From the NCBI GenBank assembly GCA_041946735.1, contig JBHGAY010000015.1:1-64000 (forward strand): DNA of 64,000 bases. Direction: 5' to 3'. The notes beneath the pieces were generated by a model, which was not told the DNA's origin, did no database searches, and was given only the letters and a program-made list of their open reading frames with translations. Positions 26,472 to 35,734 of the stretch are shown here, piece after piece. Position 1 is the first letter of the stretch; each line of letters starts with the position of its first letter. The DNA is from Candidatus Eiseniibacteriota bacterium (lineage in GTDB: Bacteria; Eisenbacteria; RBG-16-71-46; CAIMUX01; VGJL01). Both the position numbers and the translations under genes were made by a program.

Positions 26472-28081
26472 GGCCGGCCTCCCTCCGGCGCGGCGAGCGC
26501 CGAGCGCGCGGGAAGCGGCGCACCGGACGGCAGCGGCTCACCGGCCGGTTGCGCCGCGCCTGCCGGCAAAGGCGTTCCCACCGGCAGCGCCGCCCGCGAT
26601 CCCTCCTCGACCTCCCGCTCGTACAGCCGCCGCCACGCGAACCCGGTCAGCATCCAGAACAGCAGGTTCGACGGGTTCGTGTTCATCGGGCCGTTGGAGA
26701 GATTCGCGATGAGCAGCACCGCCACCGCGGATCCCGCGATGACCCCGAACCGGCGCTCGTCAGGGTCGCGGCTGCGCGCGAGCCTCCCCAGCGCGATCAG
26801 CGGAAGCAGATGGACCGAGAAGAGGGCGAGCCAGCCGATCCATCCCGCCTCGAGCGCGGTCGTCAGGTAGAAGTTGTCGGTCGGGATCCCCCCCTCGGCG
26901 CTCGACCGCATCCCGAGCTTGTAGTAGACGAGGAGGTTCGCCGTCGATCCGATGCCTCGTCCGATCACCGGCTCATCCCAGAGCAGCTTCCATCCGCGCC
27001 GGTTCTCCTCCAGACGGAAGACGAGCGAAGTCGAGACGCCCTTCTGCAACGTGAACGACGTCATGACCCGGTTGCGGATCAGATCCCCGAATCGGATCCA
27101 TCCGATCCCGGCGACGAGAAGGGTGACGATCAGAAACCACAGCAGGAGCTTCCCGCTCCTCTGGCGCACGACGAGGATCAAGACGAACAGGAAGACCGCG
27201 GAGATCATCGTCATGTTGTAGGTCAACAGCAGCGCGTAGCCGAGCAGCGCGAGGCCGAGGACCACGATCGCGCGCTTGCCCCTGCTGCTGGCCGCGCCGA
27301 GCAGGTGCAGGGAGAGCGCGATCCCGAGGAAGGAGAGCGCCGCGACCGAGGACTGATCGTCGAGGAACGAGAAGAGCCGCTGGTACAGCTTCCCGCTGAT
27401 CGGATCGACCGCCACGAACGCGACCATGCCGGTCTCCAGGCTCAGACCGAAGCGGAGCAGGGTCTCGACCGGGACGAACGACTGGATGACCGCTCCGAGC
27501 GCGACCGCGCAGCAGAGGCCGAAGACCCACCACAGGAATCGCGGTACGCGCGTCATGCCGCCCGCCGCGTCGTACGCGATGAAGATCAGGAGCGGGTAGA
27601 GGAGATAGCCGATCGTTGCGTTGACGATCTGGAGGGCCGGGACGCCGCGAGTCGCCGTGACGGCCGCGAGCATCCCGAAGATTGCCGCGGCCCCGCCGTA
27701 GACGGCGAGCGGAACTCGCGCGCCTCGCCAGTGAGGGGAGCGGTCGGCTGCGCGCGTCAGCAGCCAGATCGGCAGGATCGCCAGGAAGAAGATCCCTTTG
27801 AACCATCCGAGAGGGAGGTGGACGATCCGCGCGAAAAAGGGCGCGAAGGTAGCGTACAGCAGAAAGAACCCGAGGAAGAGCCCCGGGCGGAGGAGCAGCA
27901 GGAACGCGCCGGCCGCGGCGACCGCGCTCGCGGCGAGCAGGATCAGCCCTCCGAACGGCGGCTTCCAGACCATTCCGGCGATGAAGAGGATCGTGCCGAG
28001 CCCGAGACCGGGAAGGAGGTAAGCCGCCGGCGCCGGGATGCGGACAATGGGGGTTTCGAGGGAGCGGACGCCCGGAGTCAT
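26468..28081 (-). CDS. Wzy polymerase / O-antigen ligase family membrane protein
   Basis: Multiple TMs; PVIGRGIG...TDNFYLTTALEAGWIG. Confidence 0.8.
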   Translation of the reverse strand: MTPGVRSLETPIVRIPAPAAYLLPGLGLGTILFIAGMVWKPPFGGLILLAASAVAAAGAFLLLLRPGLFLGFFLLYATFAPFFARIVHLPLGWFKGIFFLAILPIWLLTRAADRSPHWRGARVPLAVYGGAAAIFGMLAAVTATRGVPALQIVNATIGYLLYPLLIFIAYDAAGGMTRVPRFLWWVFGLCCAVALGAVIQSFVPVETLLRFGLSLETGMVAFVAVDPISGKLYQRLFSFLDDQSSVAALSFLGIALSLHLLGAASSRGKRAIVVLGLALLGYALLLTYNMTMISAVFLFVLILVVRQRSGKLLLWFLIVTLLVAGIGWIRFGDLIRNRVMTSFTLQKGVSTSLVFRLEENRRGWKLLWDEPVIGRGIGSTANLLVYYKLGMRSSAEGGIPTDNFYLTTALEAGWIGWLALFSVHLLPLIALGRLARSRDPDERRFGVIAGSAVAVLLIANLSNGPMNTNPSNLLFWMLTGFAWRRLYEREVEEGSRAALPVGTPLPAGAAQPAGEPLPSGAPLPARSALAAPEGGRP

Positions 28082-28202
28082 CGCTCGCTCGCCTCCGCGG
28101 GCGATGGCGCCTCCGCGCGCGGTGTCGCCGCGCCACCGCGCTTCGCCCCGTCGCGGCGCTTCGCTCCGCCTCGGACGGAAGCGGAGGCGGCGAGCCGCAC
28201 CT

Positions 28203-29345
28203 TCACGCGGCAGCCCGGCGGGCGAGGACGCGCATCACCCGGCACTGATTGCGCAGCACGCGCTCCGCATCGTAGCGCCGCGACGCCCGCAGCCCCTCCC
28301 GCCCCAGCGACGCGCGCAGCGCCTCGTCCTCGAGGATTCGCGAGAGCGCTCGATAGAGCGCGTTCACGTCGCCGGGCGGAACCAGCAAACCCTGCCGGCC
28401 GTCCTCGATCAGGTCGGTGTTCCCCGGGACGCGCGTCGCCACGATCGGAGTCCCGGACGCGAGCGCCTCGAGCACGATCTTCGGATTCCCCTCAGTCACG
28501 AGCGAGGGCAGGACGAGAACGAGCGCCGAGCCGAGATGCTGCGCGACCTCGTCCTGCGGGCGGCTGCCGAGGAATCGCACGCGCCGCCCGGGGACTTCTC
28601 GCTCCGCCTTGCGCTCCAGGCTCTCGTGCTCCTCCCCGGTGCCGAGGATCAAGAGCTCGACCCCGTCGCGCTCACGCGCGATCCGGCCGAATGCGTCGAT
28701 CAAGAGGCCCACTCCCTTGCCGGGATGCAGGCGGCCGGCGTAGAGGATCGTGGGGCGCCGGTTTGGAGCGGGCCTGAACATTGCCCGATCGACCGGATTG
28801 GGAACGACGATCGCACGCCGTCCGTAGCCTCGTGTCGCCACCGAGGCGAGCAGGGGAGTTGTCGCGATCACGAGGTCGGCGGCGAGGAGGCAACGGCTCT
28901 GCATGCGCGAGGCGAAGAGCTTCTTCGCGCCGCCGTAGTAGGCCTGCGTCGTCCGCGCCCAGTCGTAGCGGAGGTCGACCAGGAACTTGCCCCGGCCGCC
29001 CCCGCGGCGCTTCATTTCGGGAAGGACCGCGAGGTTCGAGCTGAGGACCCGCACGAGTCCCGACATGCGGTCGGCCGCCCGCACGAGGCGGCGATAGTAG
29101 ATGAGGACCTCGAGCGGCCGCGGCAGCGCGGCGGGCAGTCCCGCGAGCAAGGGACGATGGTCCACCCCGAGCTCCACGCTGAACGAGCGAGCGTCGGCGC
29201 TGTAGAGGTCGACCGCGAACTCGTGGCTATAGGCGGCGAGCGTCTTCTTGAAGTAAGGCCCCATCCCGAGCCGCAGGATGTCCGCCACCGAGGCGTCGGT
29301 GCTCAAGACCAGATGGAGAGGAAGCTTTCGGACCGCCGGATTCAT
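28203..29345 (-). CDS. GT4 glycosyltransferase
   Basis: YAGRLHPGKG, PSLVTEGNPKIVLEALASG; ATGA overlap with the upstream gene. Confidence 0.9.
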   Translation of the reverse strand: MNPAVRKLPLHLVLSTDASVADILRLGMGPYFKKTLAAYSHEFAVDLYSADARSFSVELGVDHRPLLAGLPAALPRPLEVLIYYRRLVRAADRMSGLVRVLSSNLAVLPEMKRRGGGRGKFLVDLRYDWARTTQAYYGGAKKLFASRMQSRCLLAADLVIATTPLLASVATRGYGRRAIVVPNPVDRAMFRPAPNRRPTILYAGRLHPGKGVGLLIDAFGRIARERDGVELLILGTGEEHESLERKAEREVPGRRVRFLGSRPQDEVAQHLGSALVLVLPSLVTEGNPKIVLEALASGTPIVATRVPGNTDLIEDGRQGLLVPPGDVNALYRALSRILEDEALRASLGREGLRASRRYDAERVLRNQCRVMRVLARRAAA

Positions 29346-30595
29346 CCCCGGCGCGCCTCGGCCCGCCCCTGCCCGCCGTCCTCCCGCCTCGACGAGCGTC
29401 TCAGTCTCGCGATCTCCTCGGGGAGCGGACTCTCGACGAGGGCGGCGGCCAGCAGCGCGACGAGGGCTCCGGACAAGAGCCCGGCGACGACCATCAGCTT
29501 CCGCTTCGGGGAGAATCGCTCCTCCGGCGGGACTGCGGTGTCGAGCACCTGCACGGTCGGGGTGTCGCGCGCCTCCTGGATCTTCGCCTGGTAATACTGC
29601 TGGTTCAGGTAGGTCTGCAGGAGAAGCTGCGCCTGCAGCTCCCGCTCGTAATCGGCGAGCTGGAGCGCCAGGTCCGGGATGCTGGACGTCGCGAGCGACG
29701 TGGCCGGGTCGGACGACCCCGGCCGCGATCCTTCCATCTTGGCGATCGCCTCCCGGAGCTGGGCGATCTCGTTCTCGAGATTGGTGACGACCGGGTTGTC
29801 GGGAGTCATCGATTGCCGCGCGATCCCGAGATCGACCTCTTTCGCCATCAAATCGCTCTTCAGCTTGGCCGATCCCTCGATCAGCACCTTCGTCTGGACG
29901 TCGAGCGCGACCGCGCCGTGCTGCCGCTGGAATCCGGCGACTGTCTCGCCCAGTCGGCGGATCGACGCGTTGTTCTCGTCGAGCTGGCGCTCGAGGTAAA
30001 TGCGCGTCTGCTTGGCCCGCGAGAGAGACTTCTCGCGGTTGACCGCGTCGAGCTCCGCGACCAGATCGTTCGCCGTGTCGGCCGCCTTCGCTCGCGTGCG
30101 GGCGTCGACCGAGGGTGAGGTGAACCAGCCGGTGTCCATGCGCACCGAGATCTCGATCACACCGGCATCGTTGACCGAGACGTCGGTCGCGCCGCGCAGC
30201 AACGCCACCGCCTGTTCCATTGCGAGCGGCGCCGCCGGATGCGGGATTCGCCACCAGTCGATCAGGTCCTGCTTGCGGATGACCGCTTCCATCACCGTCC
30301 GGCTCTTCAGGATCTCCTGGAAGAGCTTCGCCGTGGACATCGACTCGTCGCGGATGCCGAGGAGCCCGAGCGAGGCCTCGAGCCCCGGCGTGCCGCTGAA
30401 GCCCCCCGCGCTCGAGCTGACCGGCGGAAGCAGGCTCGTCCGCGCCACGTAGGCGCGGGGCATGACGAGCGAGAGGACGATCGAGAGCAGGAGGAACCCG
30501 GCGACGACGCCGAAGATGAGTTTCCGATGCCTCCAGGGCACCTCCAACATCGCGCCCAGGCTCCGTCCGGCGGGACGTCCTGCATGTTCCGTCAT
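29342..30595 (-). CDS. Polysaccharide co-polymerase (Wzz/GNVR type, no kinase domain)
   Basis: Two terminal TMs flanking a coiled coil; EILKSRT, VLDTAVPPEERFSPKR. Confidence 0.88.
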   Translation of the reverse strand: MTEHAGRPAGRSLGAMLEVPWRHRKLIFGVVAGFLLLSIVLSLVMPRAYVARTSLLPPVSSSAGGFSGTPGLEASLGLLGIRDESMSTAKLFQEILKSRTVMEAVIRKQDLIDWWRIPHPAAPLAMEQAVALLRGATDVSVNDAGVIEISVRMDTGWFTSPSVDARTRAKAADTANDLVAELDAVNREKSLSRAKQTRIYLERQLDENNASIRRLGETVAGFQRQHGAVALDVQTKVLIEGSAKLKSDLMAKEVDLGIARQSMTPDNPVVTNLENEIAQLREAIAKMEGSRPGSSDPATSLATSSIPDLALQLADYERELQAQLLLQTYLNQQYYQAKIQEARDTPTVQVLDTAVPPEERFSPKRKLMVVAGLLSGALVALLAAALVESPLPEEIARLRRSSRREDGGQGRAEARRG

Positions 30596-30758
30596 CGTTC
30601 GGCCCCCGCGCTAGGCGCCCGGCCGGATCCGATCGAGCGGGCGGACGGAATCCTGGCGGACGGACTCCGACCGGCGACGATTCGATCCGGTTCGAGGCGT
30701 TGCGAAGTTGAGGTTTCCGAGGTTCACGAGGTGCGGACGGCTCCTCCTTGCGGAGCGG

Positions 30759-32102
30759 TCAATCCTCATGTCGCGAGGATACACGGGCATGCCCGGCCGG
30801 TCCATGCCGCCCGGCCGGTGTGCCTGGCGTGCGACGCGGTCCTTTCGCGGCCCCGGAGAGCAGGAGCGGCCGGCCGGCCCGCGCGGCCGCCCGCACGAGC
30901 CCGCGATAGAGCCGCTCGTACTCCTCCGCCACGCGATCCCACGAATAGGCGGCGAGGGCGCGGGCGCGCGCCGCGGCGCCGAGGCGCTCGCGCGCGTCCC
31001 GGTCGCCGGCCAGGGCGGTCATCCTCCGTGCGAGGTCCTCCGCATCACCGAGATCGAAATAGGCGATCGCGTCGGATCCGACGTCCTCGATTTCGGGGAT
31101 GCGGGTCGCGATCGTCGCGCATCGCGCCGCCATCGCCTCGAGCAGGACGAGCGGCATCCCCTCAGATTCCGATGGCAGGACGAAGAGGCGGCAGCCGGCG
31201 TAGAGGCTCCACAGCTCGTCGCCGAATCGGTATCCGGCGAACCGGATCCCGGGATCGTCGCCGGCCTCGGCGCGCAACTTCGCCGCGTACTCCGGGGCGT
31301 GGTTGTGATCTCCGACGAGGACCAGCGGAAGAGGGAGCCGCGCGATCCGATAGGCGCGGATCAGGTGCTCCACCCCCTTCTGCGGGACGAGCCGGCTCAC
31401 GCACAGGAGGTAGCCGTCGCGCTCGAGTCGGAGGTCGGCGGGCAGTGGGATCGCGCCGACTCCGCCCGCGTCTCCGCCGTCGCCGATCCAGGCGGGAGGG
31501 TCGACGCCGTTGGGAATATGGACGACGCGCCGCCCGGTCGCCTCGCGCACGAAGCGAGCCTGCGAGCGCGAGACGGAGGTGAGCGCGGTCGGCGCGGCGG
31601 TGGCGGGGCGGAGCAGCGCGCGCAGCAGCGCCTTGTCGAGGCGGTTCCACTTGCCGAGCCCCCACTCGAAGCCGTGCAGGTGCAGGACGACCGGGATGCG
31701 CGCGAGCCGGCCGACTCCGGCGAGGACGCCGTTGGGATAGTTGTGGAGGCCGATCACGTCGGGCCGTTCGCGGGCGGCCGCGGCGAGTCCGACGAAGGTG
31801 TGAGAGAGCGTGTCGAGTCGCTTCGTGCGGACCGCCGTCTCGCGGCGCAGCTCCATCCCGCGCCACGTGTCGAGGCCGGCGGGCGTGTAGTGGCTGCGGC
31901 AATGGACGACGACGCGATGGCCACGGGCCGCGAGGCGGGCGCCGATCTCCTCGACCGCGTGCTCGACGCCGCCGAACGTCGCGGGGATCCCCTTGGCGCC
32001 GACGAAATGGATCCGCAGGGGCCGCTCCCGCGCGGTCCGCGCCGGCTCGTTCTGTCCGGCGCCGTCCTGTCCAGCGCCGTCCCGTACCGCTTCGACTTCC
32101 AT
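30759..32102 (-). CDS. GT4 glycosyltransferase
   Basis: GAKGIPATFGGVE, VSRLVPQKG, PSESEGMPLVLLEAMA. Confidence 0.92.
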   Translation of the reverse strand: MEVEAVRDGAGQDGAGQNEPARTARERPLRIHFVGAKGIPATFGGVEHAVEEIGARLAARGHRVVVHCRSHYTPAGLDTWRGMELRRETAVRTKRLDTLSHTFVGLAAAARERPDVIGLHNYPNGVLAGVGRLARIPVVLHLHGFEWGLGKWNRLDKALLRALLRPATAAPTALTSVSRSQARFVREATGRRVVHIPNGVDPPAWIGDGGDAGGVGAIPLPADLRLERDGYLLCVSRLVPQKGVEHLIRAYRIARLPLPLVLVGDHNHAPEYAAKLRAEAGDDPGIRFAGYRFGDELWSLYAGCRLFVLPSESEGMPLVLLEAMAARCATIATRIPEIEDVGSDAIAYFDLGDAEDLARRMTALAGDRDARERLGAAARARALAAYSWDRVAEEYERLYRGLVRAAARAGRPLLLSGAAKGPRRTPGTPAGRHGPAGHARVSSRHED

Positions 32103-32190
32103 CCCGACCCAGGCTACTCCGGCGCGTGGCGACGCGGAACCCTTGTCCCGCGTGGCACCGAGCGGCTACGCGGGGCGCGCGGCCCCCGCG

Positions 32191-32260
32191 CTCGGAAGCG
32201 CCCGGAAGCGCCCCGGAGCGCTCGGAAGCGCTCGGGAGCGCGCGGGCGCGCCCCGAAGCA
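32191..32260. repeat. 10-bp period tandem repeat (7 units) in a divergent promoter region
   Basis: ctcggaagcg cccggaagcg ccccggagcg ctcggaagcg ctcgggagcg cgcgggcgcg ccccgaagca. Confidence 0.75.
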
Positions 32261-32374
32261 CGGTCCCATCTGCTGCATCCGCGCGCGCCGCGATGCTAGA
32301 GTCCACGCGATCCGTGACGTGACCGGATCGAGGAAGCGATCGATCGCGTCCGTCGGGAGGACAGGAGGGGCCGA

Positions 32375-34228
32375 TTGAGCGGGATCTGCGGACAGTTCGG
32401 GCTCGAACCGCGCATTTTCGACGATCGGATCCTCGAGCGAATGCTGGCCCGCCTGGAGCACCGCGGGCGTCTTGCCGAGAGGATCCGCCGTCCCGACGCG
32501 AGCCTCGGGGTCTGCGACCCGGCCGGTCCGAACCGCTGGCCGCCGCGTGGCAGCGAGGACCCCTCCGAGATCTGCGCCGTCCTCGATGGCAGGATCGACA
32601 ACGCGGCCGATCTCGCGGCGGAGCTGGCGCGGGAGGGACACGCTTGCCCCGGCGCGAACCCGGCGGCTGTCGTGGCGATCGGAATGCGGGCACATGGGAT
32701 CCCGTTCCTCCAGCGGCTGCAGGGGCTCTTCGCCGCCGCTGTCCACGATCCCGCCCGCAACGTCTCCTGGCTCATTCGGGATCCCCTTGGCATGCGCCCG
32801 GTCTATCTGCATCGCACCCGCTCGCGCATCCTCTTCGCCTCGGAGATCGGGGCGCTCTTCGCCGATCCCGTCGTCCGCTCCGACGTCGATCCCTCGCAGC
32901 TACGGGTGCTCCTCACGCTCGGGTTCATGCCGTCCCCGCTGACCTTGCTGAAGGGGATCCACAAGATGCCGCCGGGGCATCTGCTCGAGGTGAGCGGCGC
33001 CTCGCTGCGCGTCATCTCGTACGCCAAGAAGGGTCCCGGGGAGGACCTCGAACTCCCGTATGAGGACGCGCTCGAAGCGTACCGAGCGACCCTGCATCGG
33101 GTCGTGCGGCGTTCGGCCGGCGAGGAGACGGTCGGGGTGCTGCTGAGCGGCGGAGCGGACTCGTCGGCGCTCGTCCTGCTGCGGACGCGCGAGGGCAGGC
33201 CCGTTGCTTCGTTCACCGCCGGGTTCCAGGATGCCGGGGAGGAGGACGAGCGGGTCGAGGCGTGGCAGGCGGCGCGAGCGCTCGGCACGCTCCATCGAGA
33301 GACGACGATCCGCGCGGTCGAGATCCCTTCGCTCCTCTCGTCGGTGGCGCGAACCATCGACGAGCCGGTCGCCGCTCCTTGGATGGCTCCGTTCTACAGG
33401 CTGGCGGCTTCGATCGAGGGACAGACGCCGGTCGTCTGGTCCGGCCAGGGGACCGGTTCGCTGCATGGCGAGTCGCCGGTCTGGCGCTGGAGGCAGTGGG
33501 GGGAGTGGGTCAGCGAGCTGCCGCCGTTCGTGGCTGGCGTCGTCGGCGGCGTCAGCCGGACGCTGGGCCGCCTCGATCGAGCCGCGGCCACCCGCAACCA
33601 CCGCATGGTCGCTTCCAGGGAAGAGAGGGAGCGGGTCCTCTCCGCGTTCTTCCTCTTCGAGGACGCCGAGCTGGACCGGCTGCTGCGGGCCGGCCACATC
33701 GGCGATCGGGAGGCGGCGCGCAAACTCCTCGATCGGTGGCGCGAACCGGTGGCGGATCGCGATCCGCTCGATCAGTCGCTCTACATCTACGCGCGGACGC
33801 ACCTGCCCGACGGGGTGCTGCTGCCGGCCGAGCGGCTCGCCTCCGAGCACGGCCTCTTCCTGCGCTTCCCCTACGCGGACCCGGAGGTCGTGCAATGGCT
33901 CGAGCGGCTGCCCGCGTCCTATCGGTTGCAGGGGGGAGCCGGGAAGCGGCTGCATCGCGATGCGCTCGCGGCATGGCTTCCGGCCGGCGTCCTCGCGCGG
34001 CCGAAGCGGCAGCTCGGCGACCTGACGCGGCTGTGGCTGCGGACGGGCGGGCGCGAGCAGGTGTCGCAGTGGCTTCTCGGCTCCGCCGCCTGGCTGCCGT
34101 CGGTGCTGGACGGCGTACGCGTCCGCGGGCTGCTCGAGGAGGCTTCGCGCGGGCGGATCGAGCGGATCGTCCTCTTGATCCACCTCGAACTGTGGATGCG
34201 CGAGATGCTCCAGGGAGGAGGACGGTGA
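32375..34228 (+). CDS. Asparagine synthetase B-like protein with degenerate catalytic motifs
   Basis: MSGICG, HRG, IRDPLGMRPVY, FASEI, LLSGGADSS, RFPY, RPKR; TTG start after SD GGAGG. Confidence 0.85.
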   Translation: MSGICGQFGLEPRIFDDRILERMLARLEHRGRLAERIRRPDASLGVCDPAGPNRWPPRGSEDPSEICAVLDGRIDNAADLAAELAREGHACPGANPAAVVAIGMRAHGIPFLQRLQGLFAAAVHDPARNVSWLIRDPLGMRPVYLHRTRSRILFASEIGALFADPVVRSDVDPSQLRVLLTLGFMPSPLTLLKGIHKMPPGHLLEVSGASLRVISYAKKGPGEDLELPYEDALEAYRATLHRVVRRSAGEETVGVLLSGGADSSALVLLRTREGRPVASFTAGFQDAGEEDERVEAWQAARALGTLHRETTIRAVEIPSLLSSVARTIDEPVAAPWMAPFYRLAASIEGQTPVVWSGQGTGSLHGESPVWRWRQWGEWVSELPPFVAGVVGGVSRTLGRLDRAAATRNHRMVASREERERVLSAFFLFEDAELDRLLRAGHIGDREAARKLLDRWREPVADRDPLDQSLYIYARTHLPDGVLLPAERLASEHGLFLRFPYADPEVVQWLERLPASYRLQGGAGKRLHRDALAAWLPAGVLARPKRQLGDLTRLWLRTGGREQVSQWLLGSAAWLPSVLDGVRVRGLLEEASRGRIERIVLLIHLELWMREMLQGGGR

Positions 34229-35697
34229 AACATCGCGTCCCGCGTGCGGCGTTTCCGCTCCTTCCGCTCCCTCCGCTGCTTCTGCTGCTTCCCGCCCTCT
34301 GGCTTCTCCGGCCACCCGCTGCGTCGGCGCGGGTGCTCCACGTCGAGCAGGCGGGTGCCGGCCGGCCGCGGGGCGTCTTCACCGAGGTGCAGGCGGCGAT
34401 CGACGCGGCGGCCGACGGCGACACGATCCGGATCGGAGAGGGCCTGTTCACGGCGAGCACGGCCGCGTCGATCGTCGATCCGCTATGCGGCAACTGCCTC
34501 GAGCATCGGACGCCGGTCGCGGCGACGGCCGGATTCCGGATCGCCGGCGCGCGGCGGCTGGCGCTGATCGGAGCGGGCGCGGAGCGGACCGTCCTCTCCA
34601 CCGGCGCCGGCTACGGCATCTGGATCGACGGCGGGGGCGGCGGCGAGGTGCGAGTCGAGCATCTCGCGGTCACGGGGGGCGCGCGCGACGCCGACGGCAA
34701 CGCGACCGATGCCGGGGTCGTCGTGCGCGGCGCCCGCGTCACGCTCGAGCAGGTGCACGTGCGCGACAACACCGCGCGCGCGGCCGACGAGAAGGTGGTC
34801 GTCGGCATCGCGGGCGTCGTGGGGCGCGAGGGGGCGGTGCTCGAGGTCGCCGGCTGTCGCATCGAGAACAACGGCTGGGACGGGATCGCGCTCTACCGGG
34901 GAGCGACGGCGCTGATCCACGACAACGTGATCGAGCAGGGACGCGGCGCTGGGATCGGCATCACGTGGGACGCCGCGGCGATCGTCCTGCGCAACCGAGT
35001 CTCCGGCTACTGGAAGGGGATTGGGACGTTCGGCAGCTCGCGCGCCGTCGTCCGCAACAACGCCGTTTTCGACAACCTGGGGTGGGGGATAATCGCGACC
35101 GGCGGCTCCTACCTCGAGGCGACGCAGAACGTGATCGTCCGCAACGGCAACTGCGGCTTCGCCGTCTGGGACTCCGCCGCAACCGGCACGGCCCGCAACA
35201 ACCTCATCGTCGACAACGGATGGCGCAAGGAGTGGGTCTGCCCGAGGGTCGGCATCTGGCACGTGGGCGATCCCGCGCGCTTCACCGTCCCCTGGAACGC
35301 GGCGTGGCGAAACGTGGCGGGGGATCTCCGGGTCGAGGGAGCGGGGGAGGCGGGCGCGGGAGCCCCAACCGGCGCCGCGGCGGCCGCAGGGGAGGGCGGG
35401 GGAGCCGCGGCGGACACGTCCGTGGCGCGGCCGATCTCGATCGATCCGCTCTTCGAGGGAGCGGCCGACTTCCGGCTGCGGGCCGGAAGCCCAGCCATCG
35501 ACGCGGGAGATCCCGACATCCAGGATGCGGACGGCTCGCGCTCCGACCTCGGTCTCGGCGGGGGATCGCAGGCGCGCGAGCATCTTGGCGCGCCTCCGCC
35601 CGCGCTGCCGGCCGAGCGCAACCGCGTCGGTTCGGCCGCCTGGGCGGCCACGATCGCTTCGAGGCGAGCCGCCCGGAGTCCGCAGCACAGTCCGTGA
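34225..35697 (+). CDS. Secreted right-handed beta-helix (pectin-lyase-like) protein
   Basis: Signal peptide; VQAAIDAAADGDTI; Asn/Gly-rich PbH1-type repeats; DFRLRAGSPAIDAG..D.DGSRSDLG; GTGA overlap. Confidence 0.85.
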   Translation: MKHRVPRAAFPLLPLPPLLLLLPALWLLRPPAASARVLHVEQAGAGRPRGVFTEVQAAIDAAADGDTIRIGEGLFTASTAASIVDPLCGNCLEHRTPVAATAGFRIAGARRLALIGAGAERTVLSTGAGYGIWIDGGGGGEVRVEHLAVTGGARDADGNATDAGVVVRGARVTLEQVHVRDNTARAADEKVVVGIAGVVGREGAVLEVAGCRIENNGWDGIALYRGATALIHDNVIEQGRGAGIGITWDAAAIVLRNRVSGYWKGIGTFGSSRAVVRNNAVFDNLGWGIIATGGSYLEATQNVIVRNGNCGFAVWDSAATGTARNNLIVDNGWRKEWVCPRVGIWHVGDPARFTVPWNAAWRNVAGDLRVEGAGEAGAGAPTGAAAAAGEGGGAAADTSVARPISIDPLFEGAADFRLRAGSPAIDAGDPDIQDADGSRSDLGLGGGSQAREHLGAPPPALPAERNRVGSAAWAATIASRRAARSPQHSP

Positions 35698-35734
35698 ACG
35701 AAGATTCGAGTGATCCGAAAGGGAGCGATTCACC

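Noticed and set aside
23502..28777. Long plus-strand ORFs (938 aa and 845 aa)
   Set aside because: Shadows of the minus-strand polysaccharide genes.
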